Positions 38,325 to 52,121 of a stretch of DNA of 64,000 nucleotides are shown piece after piece. The stretch lies in contig OX597818.1 in the NCBI GenBank assembly GCA_951406725.2, forward strand, positions 93,000,001-93,064,000. The letters are read 5' to 3'. Origin of the DNA: Octopus vulgaris (Eukaryota). The translations under genes were made by a program, and so were the position numbers. Each line of letters opens with the position of its first letter. Positions within the stretch are counted from its first letter, which is position 1. The notes beneath the pieces were generated by a model. That model saw only the letters and a list, made by a program, of their open reading frames with translations, searched no databases and was not told the DNA's origin.

Positions 38325-38789
38325 GAGAGGGAGAGAGAGGAAATAAGAGTGATAGAGAGGTATAAGAGGCTAGAAACAAGTGTGTTGATGTAAAGGTGAT
38401 ACTTGGTTATCTAGTCAGAGGAAGAACAAGAGAAGGAGAAAGAGAGTGACCAATAGGAAAAAAGAGAGTGTAGGAAACAGCAAAAGTGTAAGAGAGAACA
38501 GAAGAGAGATGGTGTGGTGCTAGGGTATACTCACAAGTAACAAGAATATGAGCATAGAATCTAGTTAGAAAAATAGGGTGTGTGTTGGGGATGTGGGGAG
38601 CAGCAATACAGTGAGCAGGGCAGTGAGGGTAGGAAAGGGAATTAGAAAATAATCAATTTACAAAGAGGAAATGTGAAGAAGAGAAAGAAGCAGTTAGAAG
38701 AGGAGTTGTAGTTCAATTTCTAAGGGTAGAGTGGGTGAAAAGTGTGTTGTTACATGTGGGTGGGACACAACTCTTCTAGCACTCAGTTT

Positions 38790-38991
38790 TGTGGATGGGT
38801 CTTCTCTAGGACCTCATACTGCTAAGCATCTTGGTCTACTATTTTTCCTCCATGAGCCTCAACATTCTAAGATCAGTCATCACCACTTCATCCCACATCT
38901 TCCTGGGTTTCCCTCTTCCACTGGTACCTTTCAGCAACAGGCACTTCTGCATACAGCTGTCTTCACTCATACACATCACATGTCCAAACCA
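38790..38991 (-). mobile_element. RTE-type LINE C-terminal remnant
   Basis: The minus-strand translation WFGHVMCMSEDSCMQKCLLLKGTSGRGKPRKMWDEVVMTDLRML matches the WFGHV.R...RGRP.K.W motif of RTE ORF ends. Confidence 0.75.
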
Positions 38992-39247
38992 ACAGGTAGA
39001 ATGTCTGAGCTGGTTATGGCCAGTTTACATGTTGAAGGGTTCAAACAACACCTATCATGACACCCTGGTTCTCCCTCACCAGCAAAGAATGTGAAATACT
39101 ACCAAGCATCACAACATAAACAACACACCCAAAAGTTCACAACACACACAAGACTCAAAGAAGACAGGAAAACGAAATAAGGCACAAACAATTGCGCAAT
39201 CACAGGTACTACAGTTAGACAGCAGAAAGAAACCACAACTGTGTACA
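38992..39247 (+). repeat. Local direct duplication of 37300-37560
   Basis: Includes the MITE-end/LINE junction, so it was copied from that locus. Confidence 0.9.
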
Positions 39248-39618
39248 ACAGAGCATACTACCTTCATTCCTCTCCGATTAAATGAAAACATGTTGTGACT
39301 GAGAAAATGATATGATTGATGCACCTTATTGTTCAGTGAACTACCAGTGTGCCTATGACTGCTCATTTAGGGTCTGACCTGGGGCTACATAACATCCACC
39401 CCAACACAACATCGTTTTATGTCTTTCTAGTATTTTGTTTGCAAAAGCACAATTTTATCTGCATAGAAGCAGTTGTTTATAGTAAAACATTTTGTTTTTC
39501 AATGATATGGCTACAATTAACACTACTAATAGTAAATGTCTTGTTTTTGTTTTTTCAACTAACGGCATCTATGAAAGTGGAGTGTGAGGCAGACATAATC
39601 TAGGTTCAAACTGGAATC

Positions 39619-39660
39619 ATGAGCAAAAACGGGATGAAAGAGTCGCTGCTTTATATTAAG
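39619..39660 (+). CDS. Candidate first coding exon MSKNGMKESLLYIK (PH beta-1-like), on the opposite strand to the 12106-12270 exon
   Basis: AATC-ATG start with A at -3, 14 codons ending AAG|GT in phase 0. Same length and register as pleckstrin MEPKRIREGYLVKK and PLEK2 MEDGVLKEGFLVKR. The donor GTCCAT is weak and the strand is discordant. Confidence 0.35.
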
Positions 39661-39694
39661 GTCCATGCCATTTCCTGTGAAACTACTTCCCCAA

Positions 39695-39767
39695 CCAATG
39701 ATTTCCTTTATTAGCTCACCATTTTCGTTGCAAGAGGGGATCCCCAATCAGCTTGGCTCTTTTTATA
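39695..39767. promoter_or_regulatory. Promoter-like motif cluster (two CCAAT boxes and a minus-strand TATA box) in a repeat-free island
   Basis: CCAAT at 39695, CCAATCAG at 39744, and TATAAAAAG on the minus strand at 39759-39767. Short motifs only. Confidence 0.25.
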
Positions 39768-40189
39768 CTCAGATAGGAAAAGGAAAATAAACTTATACCT
39801 GGAGTTTGCACCTCACAGGAAATGAAGTTAAACTATAAAGCTTATTCATATTGTTTGTTTTTACCTCTTATCTCTTAAGTTCATGAGTATTCAGAAAACA
39901 TTAATACATCTGTGTGTATGTGTGTGTACACGCGTAAGTCTGCACATGTACACACACAAGTATGAACTTACATACTCACACCACCCAATGTACTATCTAA
40001 CCTAGGCTAAGGAATTCTTACTATTATCAGCTATTTGCTAAGTTCAGTGAATGTAAAACCATTACATTGCACTACTATTCTGTTGACTTTGATTATGTAC
40101 AAATCCCTTACAACACCATGTTCATTAATTAGCAGCTATTTCAAAAGGTAGCATTACAGCTTTTTTTTCCTTTCTTTATTTTGGTTTCT

Positions 40190-40419
40190 TTAACCCTTTT
40201 GATACCAACCCGTCTGAGACCGCCTCTATTTCTTTTCTGTAATATAAACTTCCTGTTTTAGCGTTATCTAAATTAAAGCCTTCCACTAAGATGCTATTTT
40301 AATTTATATTCCAAACACCACCTTAATTATGACAAAGTTAATTTTACAAAATTCTTCATTATTTTCAAAATTAATTAAAATGAAGCCAGTGTATTTCAAC
40401 ATATTAACAAAAGTGTTAA
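40190..40419. mobile_element. TTAA-flanked MITE family 1
   Basis: TTAACCCTTTTGATACCAACCCG...AACAAAAGTGTTAA. Confidence 0.78.
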
Positions 40420-41128
40420 AGAAGCTGCCAACCTACTTTGATACAGCACCAAGTATTATAATTGTTATTTATTCACAGAGTTTAAAATCGTGCAGGGTTT
40501 CAAGTTCCAGGAATGATAAAACAAATGCCAGTCAAGTGTAGGAGCTGATTTTATGGATGGATTCCTCTCCAACAGTTTCTAATCTTATTTCTTGTATGTC
40601 ACTAATTCACTCACTTGATATGAAACTCCCACTGTCCCTTATTCAAGTGCCTCTTTTATAATAAAAAGAAAAATTATCGTTGTTGTTGTTATTATTATTA
40701 TCAGTATTACTCAAATCAGCCTATCATCTCTCTGATGTTGATAAAATAAATACTAGTCGTAACTGAAGTTGAACTCCTGCAAACTTGTGGCCTTGTGCCA
40801 ATGTAAGAAATTAGTATTATGATTAGAAAGTTGATGAAGTGTAGGAAGCAGAAGACTGTTGCAGGACTAAAAGCCTTGTGGCAGGTGGTGGTAGGTCTAA
40901 ATCACATACCTTAGTATGTGCAGTGTAGTTCAAATTCCATTCATGTCAACTCTGCTTTTCATCCCTCCAAGGACTCAATTAAGTACCAACTCGATAGATT
41001 ATCTCTCAAGAAACTTAAAAGTGCTGTACTAAAATTAGAATTATTATTATTAGACTATATCTGAAGACAGCTCCCACAGGGAGACTGAGCATTAAGTAAG
41101 CTTCACTGAATTTCTACACATGAAATAA

Positions 41129-41160
<32 letters not shown>

Positions 41161-41729
41161 GTGGTAGTGGATCTCCACCATCTAACAATGAAGATTCAGT
41201 TGTTCAATCAACTGAATTACCTGCCTTTGAATTAATGTATAAGTAACTGCGCATTCCACAAACACATGTAATCAATGTAATTCTCAGGTAGAATCAGAAT
41301 GACACAGCATGTTGACAAGGCTATACCTTTTCAATAACAGGTATGATCCATCCAAAAAGCTTCTATACAGTTTACATCTATCCAGTTTCATTCACATGGT
41401 ATACATCAACTCAAGGCTGACAGAAAATGACATTAATCTAAGACACCTTGCAGTGGAATTGAACCCAGGAAGCAAGTTTCTTAACTAAACACTCAATCAT
41501 ACTTTACCTGAACACACACAATATTGGGGTGGTTGTGAGGTAAGGGCTTGAGGTTCTGCTTACTTAGAGAAGGTGAAAATGCAATGCATCACTTTGTTCC
41601 CAGTGTAGTGAATGCTGTGTGACAAATGTCTGACTTGCTAGACAGAGAATAAAAAAAAAAATAGCCTTTCCTACTTTGCTGTGTTCATAGCAACACTTCA
41701 TCAGTGCCATAGAGATTGCTACATTTTGG

Positions 41730-43400
41730 CACAACCAAATATCCAGCACTATAACCAGATAAGCTGAGGAGTCATCATCACCCAAGACAAGAACAAGGAA
41801 ATAAAATCTGCTGCTCCAGCTACCAGGGGATAACTCTGCTATCCATTGCAAGATAAATAATAACACTCCAGAATGACTGGTGTATATCATTGCAGAAGAA
41901 CACCAAGAGAACCAAAACAGACTTAAAGCCAATACAAGCACTACTGATGTTCTCAGACAGCTCCAACAGCAATGGAGAAAACAGAAGATAATAATGATGT
42001 TTTCAGACCTTACCAATACATTTATCACTTTGTTCAGAAAGTAAGTTTCTTGGACACTACAATCTCAAGTCCTAAGATTTGTAGTTCCAGTTACTTGGTT
42101 TCTATGGTGTGTAAGTGACCAAGATCATAACATTCCTCCTAAACAAGACAAGTCTATCACAGGGTTACTCAGTTAGAGCTGAGTGGACTGGAGTAATGTG
42201 AAATGATGTTTTTCTCAATAACACAGCACCTAGTCCAGGAAATGAAACTACAATTTTGTAATCATGAGAGCAACACCCTAACCACTAGGCCACAGGTCTT
42301 CATGAGCTGGAAGGGTTCATGGAAAAATTATAGAATGACCGAGATGGCCACTACTAAATTCCCCAAAATGGTCATCTAGTTATATGTGGATCAGCATGGC
42401 CAACAACAAGTTCTCAAAGCCCTTAATAGGAAACAGTTTCCTTATACATACTCTCTCTTCATCTACATGACATTCATAATGGCCACAGAAGACCTTAATG
42501 AAGAAAGTGATCACTACATCCAACACTGCATCAATGACAGCTTGTTCAACTTCAGGTGACTAGTGGAAGATTACCTCTTGGACAGGTTATTCCAAAATGG
42601 GAGCTACACTTTGTTGACTATGCAGTGCTCGTTACCCATACAGAGCTAACCATGCAACATATAACATCAGCTTTGCAGAAGCTGCTGAACTCTTCAAACT
42701 GAAAGAGAGCTTGAAGAAGACAGAAGCCCTCTGCTAGCCTACACCTTAAGAAGGTTATAACCATCTTTGCATTACTATCAGCGAAACAGATCTGAAGATG
42801 GCCCAGCAGTTCAGCTCCCTGGAGTGCACTATCACCATCTAGTGCTAAAATCAACAAAGAGGATAACCAGAGGCAGGTAAAATTAAATTGTGCATTCAGC
42901 AGACTACACAAAAGAGTCTGGAATAATAAACATCTATAGAAAATTACAAAGACCACCATGTTCAGAGCTGTTATACTAACCATTATTCTGTACAAGTCAT
43001 TGGTTAACTACTATCACCATGGTTCTTGAGCACTCCTGGCAATGCTGCATCTACATCCTCAACATCCACTGGAGTAACTTTATTATCAAACACTGAAATC
43101 CTTGAACAGGCAAAATGTAGCCAACATGACATTACAGCCACCACTACGCTGGGCAGGGCATATTTCCAAGCTGGAAGGTTATTGCTTGTCCAACAAACAC
43201 TCTACTGGTGACCTCGTCAGATGAGCACCAAAGAAACTGTACAAAGGCTCTTAGGAGAAATCTTTTGATGGTCAGTGGTAAATACAAACTCCAACTACAA
43301 GGGTCAATGACACTAGTTCATGTCCTCTTTCAAAGTTACATGCAGGGCTTTCCTTGAGAACAAGATTATGGAAGACCTGTAACACATCAACACTAAACTG
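41730..43400 (+). mobile_element. Decayed RTE-clade LINE reverse transcriptase, interrupted by a minus-strand SINE at about 42075-42305
   Basis: Frame-broken motifs in the expected order: SSYQGITLLSIAR (about 41815), ELHFVDYAVLVTHTE (42601; degenerate FADD), FAEAAELF...SLKKTE, AFSRLHKRVWNNKHL and LRWAGHISKL (about 43144). Confidence 0.85.
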
Positions 43401-43534
43401 AACTGAATTTCCTTAAAAACCATTGCATCTAAGTTTACTCCTTTTACACTGGTTTCATCAGCTAACAACAACCTAACAGTCAACAAAACCCCTTCATGAA
43501 TTTTCATTTGTGAAGAAAGCAATGATTTTTTTTA

Positions 43535-43935
43535 GGAGTGGCTGTGTGGTAAGTAGCTTGCTTACGAACAACATGGTTCCCGGTTCAGTCCCACAGCGTG
43601 GCACCTTTGGAAAGTGTCTTCTACTCTAGCCTTGGGCAGACCAAAGCCTTGTGAGTGGATTTGGTAGACAGAAACTGAAAAAAGCCCATCGTGTATGTAC
43701 ATATATATATGTGTGTGTGTATGGTTAAGTGTCTGTGTATGTTTGTGCGTCTGTGTTTGTACCCCCCAACATCGCTTGACAACTGATGATGGTGTGTCTA
43801 CGTCCCCATAACTTAGCAGTTCAGAAAAAGAGACCGATAGAATAAGTACTAGGCTTACAAAGAATAAGTCCTGGGGTCAATTTGCTCGACTAAAGGTGGT
43901 GCTCCAGCATGGCACGAGTCACATGACTGAAACAA
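43535..43935 (+). mobile_element. SINE family A
   Basis: Head AGGAGTGGCTGTGTGGTAAGTAGC through ATGACTGAAACAA. Confidence 0.9.
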
Positions 43936-45375
43936 CAGTCAGAAATGTTACAATCTATTCTAGTATGAGCCTCAAGAGCTACATGATCTGTGCTATCCAA
44001 AACTACAAAACAACCCATTTTTCGGATAGCAAAACATATTCAAGACCAATGAAATTTTAGACCAGTATGTAGTTGATTATTTCTCTGCTATATTGGCACA
44101 TACATAGCAACCCAGCTAAGAATCATCACGGGGTGGTGAGGTAAGAATTAGGTGATAGAAAATAAGGTGAGACTCCGACTCCTCTGACAACTAAAATGAT
44201 AGGAAGTGGGGTATAAAAGCAGATGCCTGCAGAGAGCCAAAGTAAATGCTACATTGGTTTAATGCAAATATTAAGCTCTCATGTGGAATATAGTATCAAG
44301 ATGGCTGTTTACTATTTTTCTTCTCTTGTTGCCCTGAGGGACAGCTAGATAGAGAAACAATTTTAGTGGAGGAGGTAAATGATAACTGGACACTGACAGA
44401 AAAAAATTAAGTAGACATGGCTGGTCTTTCTAACATGTCTGATATCTAATGTTATCTACTGAAAAGGTCATATGGAAAGAAAAAAAAAAATGTTTTGGCA
44501 GAGATATAAATGGACATATGTTATATGTGTGTATATTGAGAGAGATAGAGAGACAGAGAGCAACAGATTGGTTGGTGAGAGACAAAGGCAGAGTTAAAGA
44601 GTAAGCATCTCACAGTGCTGCCAGTGGCATTTTAGCCAAAGCGGGTGAGGAGGAATAGAACTGGATACTCTAGAATTATTCCACCCAATCTCTTGGGAGT
44701 GTACAAAATCTGAGACGGATTTGAATGATCTTAAATGTATATGTGTGTGTACATGCACACAATATATAAAATGATATACACACACAAATACCAAAGGGAA
44801 AAAGTTTATGTAAAGAGTAGATAGGGCAAACATTTACCCTGTTTAGAGGTGGGGGATGGAACAGGGGATTGGCAGAAACAGTAACATAATGGACAAAACA
44901 CTTTTTAGTATTGTGGGGGGGGGGTTATATATTGAGTTTGAATTACAGTGAGGTTGACTTTACCATTCATCCTTTCAAAGGCAATAACATAAGTACCAGA
45001 TTGTAACTGGAGTTGATCTAATCAACTAATCTCACCTACAGAATTTCTGGCCTTATGCATATGTCAGAAACTATAATTTAGTTACAAACCTATCAAATTC
45101 TAGGGGAAACTGATGTTTTATTTTCAATCTTGAATGGTGCAGGGTCTGTGGTAGGTAAAGTAAGTACTGTATGCAGTAGTGGAGGGTGCTATATGCACGT
45201 CAGAGTCAGTGATTTCTGTGATGATTTGGTGCTGTAGAGCAGTGGCAGTTTGGTAATATACCAGGCTGTCCCTGTATGGTTGTAGCAACACAGAAGCTAA
45301 TGTAGTTGAGTTACAAAACTTACAAATTGAAGAATATCAATAAGCTTTTATGTAATTAATACAACATTGCCCAGT

Positions 45376-45586
45376 TTAACCTTTTTGTTACCACATTTCT
45401 GTTGAAATACATTGCTATTATTTCAATTAATTTTGAAAATAATGAAGAGTTTAGTGAAATAATTCATCAATCATCTGGTGGTTGGAACTTCAATTAACAT
45501 GATGGAAGGTTGTAACTTTTTAAAACAGGAAGCTTTTATTATATAACCAGAGTTGGTCCTGGATGGGTCAGTATCAAAAGGGTTAA
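45376..45586. mobile_element. TTAA-flanked MITE family 1, reversed
   Basis: TTAACCTTTTTGTTACCA...GTATCAAAAGGGTTAA. Confidence 0.78.
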
Positions 45587-47065
45587 TACCTGGTCTTTGG
45601 ATGCTTTTAGTGGAGTTCACTCTGTTGCAAGCATCTGGTCCCAGTCTTCAGTCTGAAGATAACTTTCCCTACTTCCTTTCACTAGTCTCAGGGACCCTGG
45701 AAAAAGTCTCATGAGCACTGCCCTCCTCTCTGTAGAGAAGGTTAAGTGAAAGAAACCAATGTATGATGGGTATTTTTTTGCCAACTCCAACCTGAGCCAA
45801 CAACGAAGCCTCGATACAAATGTGAAATTTGTTACAAATAACAATCAAATCTCCCTCAAATCCTATCCTACCATCTTCAAAAAAGGACACTTTAGAAAAT
45901 GTAGTCCCAGTTGATATATTAAAGATGGCCTGGTGAAAATTGAAATGCATTTCATCAGGGGACTACTTGATCAGGGATAACTCAATACAAAACAAAAGCT
46001 AAATTCATTAACTTATTGATACCAATCCACCCAAGAACAATCATGGTTCTGAGATACAAACTGTGTGTTTAAAATAATCTGAATTTAAACCATCCATCAA
46101 AATTTTGTGTTAATTTTTATCCCAAACACTAGCTAAATAATGACAAAATTATTTTACTAATTCTTCCTAATTTTCAAAATTACCGTATTTTAACACGTAT
46201 AAAGAACCCTTCTTTGTCAAAAATTAGGTTAAAAAATATGAGTTTTTTTATAATCCCTTACAAAACCTTTTTTCCAAATTTTAAGCCCCCAAAATTAGGG
46301 GGTTAAAATAGAGTAATTGAAACAAAAGCAATGTGCTTCAACATAAATAAGGGGAAAAAAGGAATAAAACATTTAGGACAAGATTCTGCTAATCCTGCAC
46401 ACATTTTATTTGTCACAAGTGCAACAAAAATACTAACATTATATTATGAAAGCAATCCAAGACATTTGTTACAAACATCTTTGTTTAACATCCACTTGTC
46501 TATGCTTGCATGGGTCAGACAAAATTTGTTGAGGCAGATTTTCTATGGCTGGAAGCTCTGCTGCCAATACTCATCTGTTTGTCCAGACATGTTTTTCACA
46601 GAAGACTGGAAAGGAACAACATCACTTATATGATAGTAATGCTTGTTTACAATCATCATGACAAAAGTAGACATACATGTATGTTTATATACTATGTTGT
46701 ATATCTTGGGTGAACAGTAGTTATGTGTACAACTGCTATTGGTGAGTTTCAAGTTCTATGTTGAGTAACAGCTTCCAGTCTACTTCCAATACAGTGGTGT
46801 GGTTATTACTGTATTTAGCAGTGGTACTAGTTATGATATAATGAATGAATGAATGAATGAATGAATGAATGTATATATACGCAGGTGTGTGTGTGAGAGA
46901 GAGACAGACAGACAGACAGAGAAATGGACTTGGAATTGAACCTAAAACCTTATGGTTGAGAAGCAAGCTTCTTAACCATACAACCACATCTGCACTTATA
47001 CCATACAAGTTTCATACCACATAAAACATACACAAAAACATTTCTAAGAGACACAAACATCTACA

Positions 47066-47106
<41 letters not shown>

Positions 47107-48250
47107 AAAGTACATTAATGAAATCTAGAATTATATGTAAATAGAAACAAATTAAATCATCATTCCAAAAATGCTGTATTCAGTAAGATACAACAGACAA
47201 AATGCTGTTCCACTTGTCTAACTAACCAAACAACATGATGTTAAAAGAGATGTCAGGATGGGGTTGGGGGAGAAACTAAATCAAACAAAGAGAAAAACTT
47301 ATGTAACAGGTGACACAGTTTTTGGGAGTAGATTGTTGTGGTTGCCAGACCAAACAACTAAATTGGAAGAAAAAAAAAAAAAAAAGAGAAAACCAATGCT
47401 GGGGGAGGAGTGTTAGTTGAAATATAAAAACCTAATCAGAATGGTTACTTGCTTTTTTTTTTTTTTCTACCTCTTCTCTCTGACATCAGGTGGCAGAGTC
47501 TGCTACCATTGACAGAACAATACTCAGATGAGAACAAAAATTTGAAGGAAATTCTTCAATTGTCTGTATTGGGGAAGTAGCATCAGAATACAGCAACACT
47601 GATTATGCTTTTGTGACAGCTACTGTTCAATGCAGGTGGTGGTGGTGGGGTGAGGAGAAGGAGGAGGAGCTGATATTAGCAAGTGATTTGTTTGATGTCA
47701 TTCACCAAGTTAACCACTTCCTCAAAATTTTATTGAATTCAGCAATTATTTCTCAGTGGTGGGTGGGTGGGTTGGCTAGGTTTGCCATACAGCATACAAC
47801 TCTCTCTCTCATTTTGCATTCTCACATTTGGAAAACTTAGAGTCTTGCTATTTGGCGTCATCGTCTCTGCTCACATCTTCCACAGCTTTCCTCTTCCCTT
47901 TACCTCTGCTGTCTTTCTCACACAATACATTTTCACTCATTCATTTATCATAGCCATACTTATAAAATCCTCTTCCCAGCACACTAATACCTTGAATACA
48001 GTTCACTTACATCCTTACTTGATCCACTGAATATATAATGTTGACAGGTGTAGGTAATACTGTGTGGTTCAGAAGCTCACTATGCAATCAAGTGCTTTTA
48101 GTTTCAGTCTCAATGTACGGTACCTTGGGCAAATGTCTTCTATAGACTCAAGCCAACCAATGCCTTGGGAGTGAATTTGGTAGGCAGAAATCATGTGAAA
48201 ACATGTCATGTGTACGTATGAGTGTGTCTGGTTATCTTTCAGGAACTGAA

Positions 48251-48490
48251 GTCGGCGAGCTGGCAGAATCGTTAGCACGCCGGGCGAAATGCTTAGCAGT
48301 ATTTCGTCTGCCATTACATTCTGAGTTCAAATTCCGCCGAGGTCGACTTTGCCTTTCATCCTTTCGGGGTCAATAAATTAAGTACCAGTTACGCACTGGG
48401 GTCCATATAATCAACTTTATCCGTTTGTCTGTCCTTGTTTGTCCTCTCTGTGTTTAGCCCCTTGTGGGCAATAAAGAAATAAGAAATAAA
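48251..48490 (+). mobile_element. Young SINE family B
   Basis: CpG-rich intact head GGCGAGCTGGCAGAATCGTTAGCACGCCGGGCG. GAACTGA is repeated at 48243 and 48491 (probable TSD). Confidence 0.92.
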
Positions 48491-51400
48491 GAACTGATGA
48501 TTACTTTATAGCTTACTATGCCAATCCTTCCACCTCAAAACAGCTCCACTATGGAATTCTCTCCTTATCCATGTATTTACAATTTTTACCATTGACTGAC
48601 CAGTAGAATTACCCACCATACTCATAAGTATATCAAGTAAAAGGGAGCAGTTAACAGTTTCTAAATGTTAAAATCCATGCAATGTTTGGGTATGTTCTTT
48701 CTGATGGGAGTAGCTCAGATTAACAATAAATTTCATCATGAATATGCCACAAAAAATTCTTTTTGTTTTATTGTTATTTTTACATCTATTATTAATTGCA
48801 TTTAATTACCCTTTGTAGTCAATAAAAGAATTAATTATTAATTGCATTTAATTTACTACCAACATCTTTCTTCCCTTTATCTTTTTTGAAAATACCTGTT
48901 TTTAATTATGTAACTAATTAACAACACAAACACAATATTTTTTTTAGCAGAAATGGCTACTTATATTAAAAAAAAAAACAACATTTCTGCAATATTGCCA
49001 ATTTCACAAATAATCTGATCACAATAAAAGATACAAGTATCAAAGAAACAAACACATTTGTAGGTATTATCTGCTCAATCCTTTACAGGACTGCAGATTT
49101 TGATTTACAAAAACTTTTTCCTTCAACACATTTAAAATCGAATTAAGCATTACGCATGCAAGGCCAGCAATGTTCAAAGGTAATATCTTTCCTCCCTTAA
49201 ATTGGTGATGGGAGTGGTGGTCCATGTAAGATTGAGTAATGAAATAGCTTCAGATTCACTTATTCCAACTCTTTGGAACAACCATTGTGCAATGTAAACC
49301 ACTCTGTAACACCACATTTTCATAAAAAGACTAAAAACCAATCAACAACAAATCTCCATTTTTATCTATCCTCTTACTCATTAACTATCAATCACTCATG
49401 GCCTTAAACTGGTAGCCAAATTAATGTGTGTGTTTATGCGTATCAATATTATCCGTCTTAATAGTTACCTTTCCATGCTTGTTTGATTCAAAATTTGTTG
49501 AAGCAGATTTTCCTATGACTAGATGCCCTTCTTGTCATCGGCCCCCACTCATTTCCAAGCAGGGTAATATTTCCCCATAGCCAGGCATGTTTTTTCTCAC
49601 ATAAGACTGGACACAAAGAACACTACTCATATGACAGTGACATTCGTTAACAACCATCCTGTGATGTCAAGACAAGGGTTCACACAAACACATGCAGTCT
49701 CCATCTAAGCAAATCCACTCACAAGGCTGTGGACTACATAGAAGATGCATGCATACCCAAGGAGCAGCACAATGGGTATGAACCCAAAATCACATGACTG
49801 AGAAACAAGCTTCTTAACCACACAGCTATACCCATGCCTATACATAAATACACACATCAGTTGGATTGAAACGGCCTATCGCCATACATCAACCCATTAT
49901 CATCTTGTCAGAGACTTCAAATTCTCAGATCAGACTTCATTTATTTTAAGTCATTCTTGGCCTGCCAGTACCACCACAGCTACCTTCCACCAATTAAGTT
50001 TACAGCTTTTTTTTTTTCATAAACCCTGTGAATGTGTACTTGTCAAGCAGTACCATGCAGTAGAGCAATAAATTCTAGCTAACTAGCCAAGCCACTCTTG
50101 TGACAATATAACTCAACATTCTTCAGCATTAGTGTTTCCACACACACACACTAATAGGCAGGAATGTGACTACATTGGCACAGTAACACATACATACACA
50201 TACACACACCAGTTTTTTTCTAAATAGTTCTTTAAAACTATTTCTAAATATAAATTCATTGGTCCATTTGTTTCAGATGTCACACCTTGTAATAAAACAT
50301 TTATATGAGAGAGAGACAGACAGGCCGAGAATGTGTATACTGAGAAAGGGTTGTTGCTGTTGCACAGCTCCTTGGCTGACATAGTTGGATGTGAGCATGG
50401 GCAGTCATTTATTGTTGAAAAAATGCACAGGTTAGCAATGTAATAGATAAGCTATTATAAAAAAACTAGCTCAAAAGCTGCCTGATAGGATGGCTTTTGA
50501 GTCAGCTCCTATGAAGGGCTCTTCATTAGGCCTTGGGCCCAACAATTACACTTCATGCATTGAGTACATATTAAATGAACAATTTTCATCAAAATAACAA
50601 TATAATTTGTCAACTTGGGAACTTATTGCAAAGCTGCCACCACACCTACCATACACACACCATTCAGACGTCTGATGCCACCACCATCAATACCTTTGAC
50701 TTCAATGCCTTCCCCTCCACCACCATCACCACTGTCTTTCACATAGCTTCCTCTCACCTTCATCCCTGACCACCTCAGCTACCACCACCACCATCACCAT
50801 CATCATCACCGCTGCCTCCGCCTCTATCACAGGTACAACTCATACTATTAGTATTACCCCATTACCATAAGTGTTCAGTATGTTAGTTAGTGTCAGTCCC
50901 TCTTTCTCTCACATACCAACTCTTTCTCTCACTCTCTTATTATTACTCCAACTGCCACCATCAACACCACTACTTTTAATAAAACATCAACTCTCCCTAA
51001 ATTTCTTTGTCTCTCTTTCTTTGTCTGTCTTTGCTACGGGCCCTCACCATCTTTATGCCTACTATTACTCTCACCCCCACACAAGGAATAATAGAAGTAT
51101 CATTGAAAAGTGAGAGAGGGGGTCAAAGTGTGACACATTAATTTTCACATTTATCATATTAGATTTACAGTGTACAGAGGAGAGTAATTTTTCTGCTAGC
51201 TATTGATAAGGTTTTCCAGTTACTGTACTATGTAGTTTGGTGTGGATGGCAATGTGCAGGAGTACTGTAGTGCAGTGCATGTTGTGTGTGCTTGTACAGT
51301 ATACATAATAGATGTAAACTGCTTTAATAAAAAGAGAAAAATACACAACCGTTTAATATGCAATAACAACCCTGGCATTTACGTTGTAAATATTTTATAT

Positions 51401-51774
51401 AGATATATATATCATATGGTGTTTTAAAGAGGTCATCACTGTAAGTTAGTGTTGGAGAAAGATCACAGAAGGAATGGGGAGCTGGTGATACATACAAAAA
51501 CAGAAACCAGATACTGAGTCAGATCCAATAAGAGGTTATTTAGCATGGTTGCTCAGTGGTGCATGCATATGAATGTAGCACAGGAAAATAGAAACAACAC
51601 TAACACATGCAGCTCAAAATGAAGGATCAACTAAAAAGCATCCAGTAATTAATATGGTCCACTTAAGAGCAGGTGCATCACCAGCTTATTGATGTTCAAG
51701 GTCAGTATCAACTACACCAGCCTCTTCAGCAAATACTACGAGTACTACTGTTTCTATCATTCATATATATAAGT

Positions 51775-52057
51775 ATCATCATCATTTAATGTCCATTGTC
51801 CATGCTGGCATGGGTTGGACAGTTTGACCAGGGCTGGCAAGCTAGAAGGCTGCACCAGGCTCCAGTCTGATTTGGCATGGTTTCTACAACCAGATGTCCT
51901 TCCTAATGCCAACCACTCCAAGAGAGTAATAGATGCTTTTATAAATCACGAGCATGGGTGGCATTAGTATGACACTAGTATCTGCCAAGACTGTGATTTC
52001 ACTCAGCTTGATGAGTCTTCTTCTCAAGCACAACATAATGCCAAAGGTCTTAGTCAT
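51775..52057 (-). mobile_element. Family E retroposon followed by (TA)n(CA)n
   Basis: Homologous to 1558-1757. Confidence 0.78.

Positions 52058-52121
<64 letters not shown>

Noticed and set aside
47393-47490. Plus-strand CCAAT, G-rich and TATA motifs followed by a polypyrimidine acceptor
   Set aside because: Short motifs in AT-rich DNA. The downstream frames close quickly and show no PH or other domain similarity.
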